In this document: positions 14,418 to 23,292 of the stretch, piece after piece
How the letters are laid out: each line of letters opens with the position of its first letter
Numbering within the stretch: position 1 is the stretch's first letter
Assembly (NCBI GenBank): GCA_963814585.1
Contig: CAWFDF010000009.1
Span: forward strand, 160,001-224,000
DNA length: 64,000 nucleotides
Source: an uncultured delta proteobacterium
Lineage (GTDB): Bacteria > Myxococcota > Myxococcia > Myxococcales > Anaeromyxobacteraceae
Direction: 5' to 3'
Notes under the pieces: model-generated
What the model was told of the DNA's origin: nothing
Database searches by the model: none
Seen by the model: only the letters and a program-made list of their open reading frames with translations
Made by a program: the position numbers and the translations under genes

Positions 14418-15029
14418 TTGGAAGTGGACGATCTCGCGCTGGTGGAAGCAGCCAGAGCCGGCGACGCCAGCGCCTTCGAGGCGCTGGTGGTCCGCTTCCA
14501 GAGGAAGGTCTACGCCGTGGCGCTCGGCATCGTGAAGGATCCGGACCAGGCCTGGGACGTCTCCCAGGAGGCCTTCGTGCGCGTCCACGGCCACCTCGCC
14601 GACTTCAAGGGCGAGTCGAGCTTCCAGACCTGGGTGCTGCGGATCGCCAGCCACCTCTCCATCGACTCGCTCCGGCGCGAGCGCAAGAACCGGCGGGAGC
14701 AGCTGGAGGACGTGCGCGAGGAGCTGCTCGGCGAGGCCGGCGAGGGCATCCTCTCGACGCCGCTCGGCACCGACCCGTCGGCCACCTTGCTGCGGCGGGA
14801 GCTGGCGGGCCACCTGCAGGCGGCGCTCGACGGGCTGCCGGAGATCCACCGGACCATCCTGGTGCTGCGCGAGGTGGAGGGGCTCTCCTACGAGGAGCTG
14901 GCGGAGCGGCTCGGGGTGCAGAAGGGCACGGTGATGAGCCGGCTCTTCCACGCCAGGAAGAAGATGCAGGCCGCGCTCGGGGAGTACGCCGGCGGGCCGG
15001 CGCGTGAGAAGCTGGAGGACGAGGGGTAG
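14418..15029 (+). CDS. ECF sigma-70 family RNA polymerase sigma factor
   Basis: Region 2 (DVSQEAF..FKGESSFQTWVLRI) and region 4 (LREVEGLSYEELA..GTVMSRLFHAR). Confidence 0.95.
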   Translation: MEVDDLALVEAARAGDASAFEALVVRFQRKVYAVALGIVKDPDQAWDVSQEAFVRVHGHLADFKGESSFQTWVLRIASHLSIDSLRRERKNRREQLEDVREELLGEAGEGILSTPLGTDPSATLLRRELAGHLQAALDGLPEIHRTILVLREVEGLSYEELAERLGVQKGTVMSRLFHARKKMQAALGEYAGGPAREKLEDEG

Positions 15030-15044
15030 GTCCCTCGAGAGGCC

Positions 15045-15515
15045 ATGGCCGACTGCACCACCCACCGACCGATGATCGGCTCCCGCGAGGGGGAGCTCTC
15101 GCCCGCCGAGGCCGACGCGCTCACCGCGCACCTGGCCGGCTGCGAGGGCTGCCGCCGCTGGGCGGCCTCGCTGGCCGCCACCGAGGGGCTGGTCTCCGAG
15201 GCGCTGCTTGCCGCCGCGGCGCGCCGCGACTTCACCCCGTTCGCCGCGCAGGTGATGGCGCGCATCGAGCGGCGCCGACTCGGCCCGCTGGCCCGCCTGG
15301 CGCGGGCGGTCCGCCTCCACCCCTGGTTCGCGGCGGCCGGCACGCTGGCCCCGGTGGCCGCCGCCCTGCTGGTGGCGCTCTACCTGCAGCGCGGCGCCGG
15401 GAACGACCTGGCCGCCGCCTCCCTCGAGGTGGACTCCGAGGGAGGGGCCACCACCATCATCCAGTCGAGCGACGGGCCGCTGGTCCTCATCGACGACGAC
15501 GACGAGGAAACATGA
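15045..15515 (+). CDS. Anti-sigma factor (zf-HC2, single TM)
   Basis: HLAGCEGC ZAS motif, one TM segment, directly downstream of the ECF sigma. Confidence 0.85.
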   Translation: MADCTTHRPMIGSREGELSPAEADALTAHLAGCEGCRRWAASLAATEGLVSEALLAAAARRDFTPFAAQVMARIERRRLGPLARLARAVRLHPWFAAAGTLAPVAAALLVALYLQRGAGNDLAAASLEVDSEGGATTIIQSSDGPLVLIDDDDEET

Positions 15516-15985
15516 TCCGCTTCGCCGCGGCCGCGCTGACGCTGCTCCTCGCCTCCCCGCTGGCCGCCGCCGCGGCCGACCCCGCGCCGGCCGCCGGCGC
15601 CACGGCCACCGCCCCCATCCCGGTCCGGGTGCGGGTCATCAAGGGCTCGCGCCAGGGCCCCGCGTCGCTCGACCCGAAGCTGGCGCCGCTCAAGCAGCAG
15701 CTCTCCAAGCTGGCTTACCAGCGCTGGGAGCAGGTGAGCGAGCGGAGCTTCGAGCTCGCCGTGGGGAAGACCGAGTTCGCCGACCTGCCCGGCGGCGAGC
15801 ACGTCGGGCTGACCGTGCAGGAGACCAGGGGGAAGTCCGTGACCATCGAGGTGGCGCTGGCGCAGCGCAACACGCAGTCGCGCCTCACCATCGAGCGGGG
15901 GCAGCGGATCCTCCACCAGGTGACCGGCGAGAAGAAGGGCGTGGCCTACTTCGTCACCGTGCAGGCCTGGCCCACCGGGCCGTAG
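15512..15985 (+). CDS. Hypothetical secreted protein
   Basis: Signal-peptide-like N-terminus, ATGA overlap with the anti-sigma gene, host-like codon usage. Confidence 0.7.
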   Translation: MIRFAAAALTLLLASPLAAAAADPAPAAGATATAPIPVRVRVIKGSRQGPASLDPKLAPLKQQLSKLAYQRWEQVSERSFELAVGKTEFADLPGGEHVGLTVQETRGKSVTIEVALAQRNTQSRLTIERGQRILHQVTGEKKGVAYFVTVQAWPTGP

Positions 15986-16029
15986 CGCTCTCCCCGGCCC
16001 AGCCCACACCACCAGCACCCGGAGTCACC

Positions 16030-16539
16030 ATGAGCCCCGCGACGCTTCCCGCCACCCTCCTCCTCGCCACCTTGCTCGGCGCGCCGACGACCGCGCCGGC
16101 GCCCACCGCCCCCCCCGCGGCGACCCCGTCCGCCGAGCCGCCCACCTGCACCGGCACGCTCTCCGGCGCCGTGACGGCCAGCTTCACCTGCACGGTCACC
16201 GCCCGCATCGAGGGGACGGTGGCGACCGTGACCATCGCCGCGGACGGGCCGGTCGCCGGCCTGCGCGCCCTGAAGCCGGCCACGGTGTCGCTGCCCATGC
16301 CGGTGCCGCCCGGCACCTACGCCGGCGCGGCGCTCCGGAGCGCCAGCTCCAGCGTGGAGACCGCCTCGGGCGCCAGCTTCGCCGCCGGCGCCGGGAAGGG
16401 CGCGGTGACGCTCGACGTGGTCCAGGCCGAGCGCTACCGGCAGGCTCCCAACAACCTGGTGATGAGCGGCTCGCTCCAGGCCCGGCTGGTCCCGCCCCAG
16501 GGTGGCCAGGGCGAGGTGCTCGTCGAGGTGCGCTTCTGA
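16030..16539 (+). CDS. Hypothetical secreted beta-rich protein
   Basis: GGAG RBS, hydrophobic leader, Pro/Thr linker, two Cys. Confidence 0.65.
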   Translation: MSPATLPATLLLATLLGAPTTAPAPTAPPAATPSAEPPTCTGTLSGAVTASFTCTVTARIEGTVATVTIAADGPVAGLRALKPATVSLPMPVPPGTYAGAALRSASSSVETASGASFAAGAGKGAVTLDVVQAERYRQAPNNLVMSGSLQARLVPPQGGQGEVLVEVRF

Positions 16540-16560
16540 TGTGGTTTGACCCGTCAAGCA

Positions 16561-16602
16561 AAGAGCTGGCCCTTCACGGGGCCGGCTCTCTTCTCTTCTT
16601 CG
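16561..16602 (+). terminator. Rho-independent terminator between convergent genes
   Basis: AGAGCTGGCCC-TTCACG-GGGCCGGCTCT followed by a CTTCTCTTCTT pyrimidine tract. Confidence 0.7.
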
Positions 16603-16650
16603 GGGGACCAGGTCGGCGGGCGACTTCGAGGTAGGGAGCGACGGCGGAGG

Positions 16651-17301
16651 CTAGGGCAGCAGGGTGTAGAGCAGCCGGTAGCGCCGGCCCCCGACCGTCC
16701 CCGGCGCCTCCACCACCCGGCCGCGCAGCCTCGCCTGGGCGCAGGCCAGCAGCCCGTCACTGGCCTGCCCGCGCGCCTCCACCGGCGCGTCGACGATGCG
16801 GATGGAGCCGTTCGTGGTCTCCAGCTGGAGCACCAGCACGGTGACGCCGACGTCGTCCTGGGGCTGGGCGTCCTGCACCGCCGTGACCGACGAGGTGCCG
16901 TGGCGCGCCTGGGCGTCCTCCTCGAAGCAGGCGCTCAGGTCCGGGTGCAGCTCGTTGAGCTCCTGTCCCAGGGCCACGCCCACCTTCCCGAGCGACGCGG
17001 CGCGCGGCGAGATGGCGACCGCCTCCCAGGAGCCCCTGGGTGGGGGCGCGGGCCCCGGGTCCACGTCGAAGCTCGACGGCATCCCCACGCCGGCCAGGCC
17101 GGCCGGAGGGAGGTTGGAGGGAGGCCCGGCCGCGGCCAGGTCCTGTGGCGTCAGCGGCCCGGCGGGCCTGGCCGCGTCGGGGGAGGGGGCCCTGCGAGCC
17201 GACGCTGGCTCGCTGGTGAGCCTGTCCACCAGGAGGAGGCCGGCCACCAGGAAGAGGGCGACGGCCGCGGCCCCCGCGGCGACCAGGCGTCCGGTGGTCA
17301 C
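16651..17301 (-). CDS. Hypothetical membrane-anchored protein (third gene of the MCO operon)
   Basis: GTG at 17301 overlaps the upstream stop, N-terminal TM helix, LSACF...LLACA Cys pair. Confidence 0.6.
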   Translation of the reverse strand: MTTGRLVAAGAAAVALFLVAGLLLVDRLTSEPASARRAPSPDAARPAGPLTPQDLAAAGPPSNLPPAGLAGVGMPSSFDVDPGPAPPPRGSWEAVAISPRAASLGKVGVALGQELNELHPDLSACFEEDAQARHGTSSVTAVQDAQPQDDVGVTVLVLQLETTNGSIRIVDAPVEARGQASDGLLACAQARLRGRVVEAPGTVGGRRYRLLYTLLP

Positions 17302-18035
17302 CTCACCTCCTTCTCGTGCTCCCCGCCGCTCCCGGGCTCCGGGCGCTTCTCCTTCTCGTGCTCCCCGCCGCTCCCGGGCTCCAGGCGCTCCTCCTGCTCG
17401 TCCTCCTTCACACCCTGGACCGCCGGTGACTTCGCGGGCGGTCCCAGCGCCCGGTCGGCCTCGAGCCAGGCGGCCTCGAGCGCGCGGTTGGCCTCGGCCA
17501 GTGGCCGCACCGCCCCCTGCGCCTTGTCCACGCACTCGCGGAGCTGGCCGCGCGCGGCCGCCAGGATGCCCTGATCGGCGCCGGCCGGGGCCCGCAGCGC
17601 CGACTCGAAGGTGAGCGCCTGGTACCCGCAGCCACGGGTCGGATCGACCGGCCAGGGGCGGGCGACCACCTGGTAGTCCCACTGCCAGGCACCCAGCAGC
17701 CTCTGGCGCAGCCTGGTGAAGGCGTCGCCGCCACCGGGGCCGGCCCTGGCGGCGGCCTCCTCCAGCCGCTCCAGGTACCGGTTGGACCGCACCCTCGCCT
17801 GCAGGGTCCCGGCCCGGGCCCGCTCCACGACGATGGCCTCGGTGGCGGCGCGGGCGGATCTCCAGAGCGCCACGTCGGCGGCCGATCCGGGCGGCGGCGG
17901 GTACTCGCCGGCCGACCCGTCCTCGACGGCCGGCGCGCTGGCCTTCGGAGGCGGCTCGCCGCCGCTGGCCACCGCTCCGGAGGGCGGCGCCAGGGCGGCG
18001 AGCGCGACGAGCAGGGCCGTGGTCGAGCGGATCAT
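17298..18035 (-). CDS. Hypothetical secreted helical protein with C-terminal 14-aa repeat
   Basis: Signal peptide, GGAGAGG RBS, EPGSGGEHEKE twice (42-bp period at 17309 and 17351). Confidence 0.65.
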   Translation of the reverse strand: MIRSTTALLVALAALAPPSGAVASGGEPPPKASAPAVEDGSAGEYPPPPGSAADVALWRSARAATEAIVVERARAGTLQARVRSNRYLERLEEAAARAGPGGGDAFTRLRQRLLGAWQWDYQVVARPWPVDPTRGCGYQALTFESALRAPAGADQGILAAARGQLRECVDKAQGAVRPLAEANRALEAAWLEADRALGPPAKSPAVQGVKEDEQEERLEPGSGGEHEKEKRPEPGSGGEHEKEVR

Positions 18036-18077
18036 GGCGTACAGCCTACCTCTCCCGATCCGCCCGCCGGACGTCCC

Positions 18078-21042
18078 TTACGGAACCACCAGGCTGGTGC
18101 GCATCATCTCCGAGTCCTCGTGGGAGTTGATGTGGCAGTGCCACACGTACGGCCCGCTGGTGATGCTCTCGTAGATCCAGGGCGGCCCGCCGCAGCTCCC
18201 GGCCTGGCAGAGGGCCAGGTCCACCGGCCCGCCCGGAGTGCCCGGGGCGTTGGCGGTCCCGGCCGGGAAGGGAGGCTGGCCGTCGTTGAAGCCGGCGTCC
18301 CACCGGGCGATGAGGGTGGTCACCTGGCCCGGCAGGGCGACCGAGGCGTCCTTCCAGCCGCCGTCGAAGCCGAGCGTCGGGTTGGGGATCGGCGCGTTGG
18401 TGAGGAACGGGGTGACGTCCGGCACCACCTGCATCTCCAGCCCGGGCGCCGTGCCCGGCTGGCAGGTGGTCGAGCCGCAGAGCGCCCGCTTGTAGCTCGC
18501 CGACGTTGAACGTCTGGGTCTGCACGACCTGGTGCTTCACCAGGTGCGGGTGCATGGGGTGGGCGTCCACGGTCAGGTTGATGATCCGCCAGATCTCGAT
18601 GGAGCCCTTCCTGGGCGTCTCGGTGACCTTGTACTCGAAGGGCACGCCGTTGATCTGCATGCCCAGCGGCGTGAGGGTGGTCCCGTCCACCTTCTCGTTC
18701 AGGTACATCTGCCGGACCGCCGAGACGCACAGGGCGCCCGGGGGCGAGTTCGGCGCGCACATGGGCAGGGCCTTGAAGTCGACGAAGGCCGCGTCCGGCG
18801 TCACCGGGATGGTGACGCAGCCCTTGGTGGCGGGGACGGTCGGCCAGGTGAGGCCGACGTTGCCGCAGCTGGGGACGCCCAGGTTGAGGCCAGGAGCCAG
18901 GACGTCGAACTTCATCACCACGTTCAACTCGGCGAACGGGCTGCCGGCCACGAACGGGGTGATGCCGGCCGGGAACGGCGCGGCGGCGGAGTTGGTCATG
19001 AAGACGGCGCGCATGGTGCCCGCGGGCGGGGCCTTGCCGGGCAGGACGCCGAAGTTGACCAGCAGCTCGTAGCGCTCGCCCGGGCACATGGTGAGCGTCT
19101 TCTGGTTCTGGAGCGGCACCTGGAGGTATCCCTGGTCGTTGGCCAGGACGGTGAAGGTCACGTTGTTGTTCGGCTTGACGCCCGGCGCCGGCAGGGTGGT
19201 GCTGAGGCCCAGCGTCCAGCAGCGGGAGTCCGAGCCGTTGACGAGCCGGACCCGGTGCCAGCCGGGCTCCACGGTCTTCTTGGGCCAGAGGACGCCGTTC
19301 ACCAGCGCGTGGTCACCGAAGTACTCCGGCACCCAGGTCGGGTGGACCTGCGGGTTGACGCCGTTGGTGACCGGCGTGGCGCCCGGCGGGGCCAGGAGGG
19401 GGACCGGGTTGCCCATGCCGTTGGCGAAGTTGATGGAGCCGTCGTCGTTGAAGGCCCGATCCTGGAGCGCCAGGAAGAGGTCGTACTTGGGAATGCCCAG
19501 CGCGTCGCGGGGCTCGGTGAGCGGATCGAGCCAGGTGTAGTCGCAGGACCCGGCAGGCCCCTGGCAGACGCCACCGATCACGGGGAAGTGCTTGGCGGGA
19601 TCGACCACCGGGAAGAAGCCGGCCGGCCCGGCGATGACGTTGTGGTGCGTCTTGCCGAGGGTGTGGTCGTGGAACCAGATGGTCGCCTCGTCCTGCGAGG
19701 TCATCGGGTAGGTGTAGGTGTCGTTCATCCAGCTCTGCGCCAGCTCGTTCCCGGCCGCCGGGTTGCCGCCCGGGCGGAAGAGGGGGCCGATGTGCGGCCC
19801 CTCGAAGGCCGGGCTGAGGAACCACGGGCTCTGGCTGTAGTAGCCGCCGGTGCGGGCGTTGCCGAACCACTTCTCGGCGAAGCCGTCGGTGGAGGGCGGG
19901 ATCTCACCGCCGTGCAGGTGGGTGACCCAGGAGTTGTCGGGCTGCTGCGGGCTGCCGAAGCGGTTGACGCCCTCGGGCGAGAGCGGGTTCGGCTGCCTGA
20001 ACCCGGGCGGCTCGGTGGCCGGGTCGATGCGGGCCTTCACGCCCATGAAGGTGCGGTCGATGGCGCAGGGCCAGTCGGCGGCCTCGGGGTGCGGGCAGAA
20101 GAGGTGGTTGTTGGGGAACTCGTTGACCCAGCGGACCACCACCGGGCGGCCCTTGGTGGCGCGGATGCTGATCGACGGCCAGGTGGCCAGGTAGTTGTTG
20201 GGCGACCACTCGGTCGCGGGGCCCGCCGGCACGCCGACGAGCTGGGACAGGCCGAGGTTGTTCTTCTGGCCGACGCCCCAGATCGGCGTGTAGAGCGGCG
20301 CGCCGGCGGGGATCAGGCGAGGATTGCCGGGCACCGAGCAGTAGGCCGCCTCGAAGGCCGGATCCAGCTCGGCCGGGCAGGTGCAGCCCGCCGCGACGTT
20401 GCAGATGAGGCCGGTCCACTGCATGCCGTTGGGCACGTCGGGGTAGGCGGTGCCCTTCTGGAGGTTGTACTTGCGCACGTCCGGGAAGAGCCCGGTGCCG
20501 ACCACCGTGCCCGTGGCCGAGGCGAGCGCCTGGAACCCCCAGGCCTCGTGCACGCCGATCTCGTAGTAGTCGGCGCCGGGGAACTTGGTGGTGTCCGGCG
20601 TGTAGTCGGGCGGGTTGAGCACCTCCCACTGGAACCTGGGGGTGGCCGGCGCGCCGGCCAGCGGCACGGAGGCGGCGATGATGGGGTTGAGCACCCGGAA
20701 GGGAACCGTGGGGCCGCAGCTGCGCCAGCCGCCGGCCGACTGGTTGGGGAGTCCGCTGGCTCCCGGCTCGCAGGCGAACGACTGGGCGTTGGTCGCGGCG
20801 TCGCAGGCCGGCACGCCCCACCCGAACGCCACGGGCGACTGGGCATTGGCGGGATCGACCACGCACTGCCCCGGGTACGGGTAGTTGGTCTGCTGCGCGG
20901 CCCCGGTCGGGCCGAACTGGTTCTGCGGCGGGAACGGCAGCTGCGCCAGCGCAGGCGCCGCGGCCAGCAGCAGGCCGGCGGCGAACGCCACCAGGCGCCA
21001 GCCACTGCGCGCACTCGACTTCGACTCACCGTGAACGGCCAT
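18078..21042 (-). CDS. Large multicopper oxidase (CotA/bilirubin oxidase-like), one frameshift near 18495
   Basis: All four Cu motifs: THLHGG, WFHDH, HPMHPHL and, in the shifted frame, WHCHINSHEDSEMM; Sec-type signal peptide. Confidence 0.9.
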
Positions 21043-21536
21043 GTGGGCTCCCCTTCGTCGCCTCGGCACTCACGTGTCCCGTTCCCGGCCCCTCCGGAGA
21101 AGCTGCACGTTGCGTCCGCGACCGGGAAACGGTGCGACACGTTGGCGAAGGCTTGTAGACACCCAAATGGGACTTCTTTTCCCGATCTGTCCCACCTGCG
21201 CGGTGGATGTAAGTCTGAGTCTCATCTCCTCAGGCGGTCGCGCACCATGACCTCGGGACAGCCGGTCTCCTCGGTTCTGGCTAGATTCTCTCCTGGCCGA
21301 GGAGATCACGTGCAGGGACCGACGCAGCGTCGCACCTCGGACCGAGACGAGGTCCCATTGCGAAGAGGACGTTTCCGCCCCAACGGAGGCGACCCACTTC
21401 GGCATCGTCCCGGAATTGTTGGCGGACCCCGTACGCCGGACACGGACTGTCAGTTTCATGAGACCGCGATCGCCTTCCTTGGCTTCGCCGGCCACCCGGC
21501 TATCCTGAGGCCTCGGTGACACCCGGGAGCGACCCC

Positions 21537-23289
21537 ATGAGCGAAGGCCAGCACACCCCCGGCGGCGGGCACGAGGCGATGCCCGAGGGCGAGGAGCAGG
21601 CGCCGCCCGGCACCCGGACCATGTCGATGGTGCGCTGGGGGCTGGTGGCGCTGATGGCGGCCGCCGCGGTGGGGACGTGGACCTACCACGTGTCGACGCG
21701 ATCGTCGGCGGGCTCGGGGCAGGGCCAGAAGTTCGTCTGCCCGATGCACCCGCAGATCGTCACCGGGCACAAGGGCGAGTGCCCGATCTGCGGCATGGAC
21801 CTGGTGCCGGCCGGCACCTCGGCCACGCCCGCGCGCCGGCCCCGCCGCCACCCCGGGCGCCATGCCCACCGGCGGCGAGCACGCCGGCCACGGCCACGCC
21901 GCCACCGCCGCCGCGCCCGAGTTCACCTGCCCCATGCACCCGGAGGTGATCACCACCGACCCTGCGCTCCGCTGCCCGCAGTGCAAGATGAAGCTGGTGC
22001 CGCGCCAGCCCCCCGCCGCCGCGCCCGCAGTCCCCGAGTTCACCTGCCCCATGCACCCGGAGGTGATCACCACCGACCCGGCGCTGCGCTGCCCGCAGTG
22101 CAAGATGAAGCTGGTGCCGCGCCAGCCCCCCGCCGCCGCGCCCGCGGTCCCCGAGTACACCTGCCCCATGCACCCGGAGGTGATCACCACCGACCCCGCG
22201 CTCCGCTGCCCGCAGTGCAAGATGAAGCTGGTGCCGCGCCAGCCCCCCGCCGCCGCGCCGCCCGCCGCCGCCGCCGGCGTCCCCGGGCTGGTGCCGGTGG
22301 AGCTCAGCGCCGACCGGATCCAGCTGATGGGGCTGCGGACCTCGCTGGCCACCCGGGAGGCGCTCGCCACCTCGCTGCGCGCCGCCGGCTTCGTCGCCCC
22401 CAACGAGGCCGGGCTCACCAGCGTCAACATCCGCTACACCGGCTGGGTGGAGAGCCAGCAGGTGGCGCAGACCGGACAGCTGGTGCAGAAGGGCGAGGTC
22501 CTCATCACCGTCTACAGCCCGGACCTGGTCACCTCGCAGACCGTCTTCCTCAACACCATCAAGTGGTCGGACAAGCGGGGCAACGTGCCCGGGGCGCCGG
22601 CGGCCGGCCCGGACCTGGAGCGGGACGCCCGGCAGCGGCTCGAGCTGCTGGGGGTCGCCCCCCAGGACATCGACGCCATCGCCGCCTCCGGCCAGCCCAT
22701 CAAGGCGATGCCGGTGCGGGCCCCGGCGCGCGGCTACGTGGCCCGCAAGGCGGTGGTGAAGGGGCTCTACGTGCAGTCCGGCACCGAGCTGTTCCAGCTG
22801 GCCGACCTCTCCAGCGTCTGGGTGCTGATCGACGTCTCCGAGGGCGACCTGTCGCGGGTGCGGCTGGGGCAGCAGGCCACCTTCGAGACCTCCTCGGCGC
22901 CCGGCCAGCGCTACACCGGCAAGGTCCAGTTCATCTACCCGGCCCTCAACACCGGCAGCCGCACGCTGCAGGCCCGCGTCGAGCTGGCCAACCCGCGCCT
23001 GGAGCTGCGCCCGGGCATGTTCGGCGACGTCACGCTGGAGACCGGCGCCGCCGAGGCGGTGGTGATCCCGGCCGACGCCCTGGTGGACACCGGCGAGCAC
23101 CGCTACGTCTTCGTGGATCGCGGGGCCGGGCGCTTCGAGCCGCGGGCGGTCAGCACCGGCGCCAGCGGCGGCGGCAAGGTGGCCATCCTGGAGGGGCTGG
23201 CCGACGGCGAGCGGGTGGTGACGCGGGCCAGCTTCCTGCTCGACTCGGAGAGCCGGCTGCGGGCCGCCGTGGAAGGGCACGGGAAGTAG
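21537..23289 (+). CDS. cusB: CusB-like RND periplasmic adaptor with four heavy-metal-binding domains, frameshift near 21840
   Basis: CPMHP..CPxCxMxLVP four times; VYSPDL, LRPGMF, FLLDSESRL; directly upstream of cusA. Confidence 0.85.
21916..22260 (+). repeat. Three near-identical 117-bp tandem repeats (39 aa)
   Basis: Units begin at 21916, 22033 and 22150 and encode PE(F/Y)TCPMHPEVITTDPALRCPQCKMKLVPRQPPAAAP. Confidence 0.97.
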
Positions 23290-23292
23290 CCC

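Noticed and set aside
16538..16562. IS200/IS605 end or attachment site at TTGAC-CC-GTCAA
   Set aside because: Very short palindrome, no second end and no transposase
21142..21157. sigma54 promoter TTGGCGAAGGCTTGT
   Set aside because: Spacing is one base short and the -12 GC is absent
21916..22260. CRISPR or non-coding repeat array
   Set aside because: In-frame coding repeats of a metal-binding domain with no spacers
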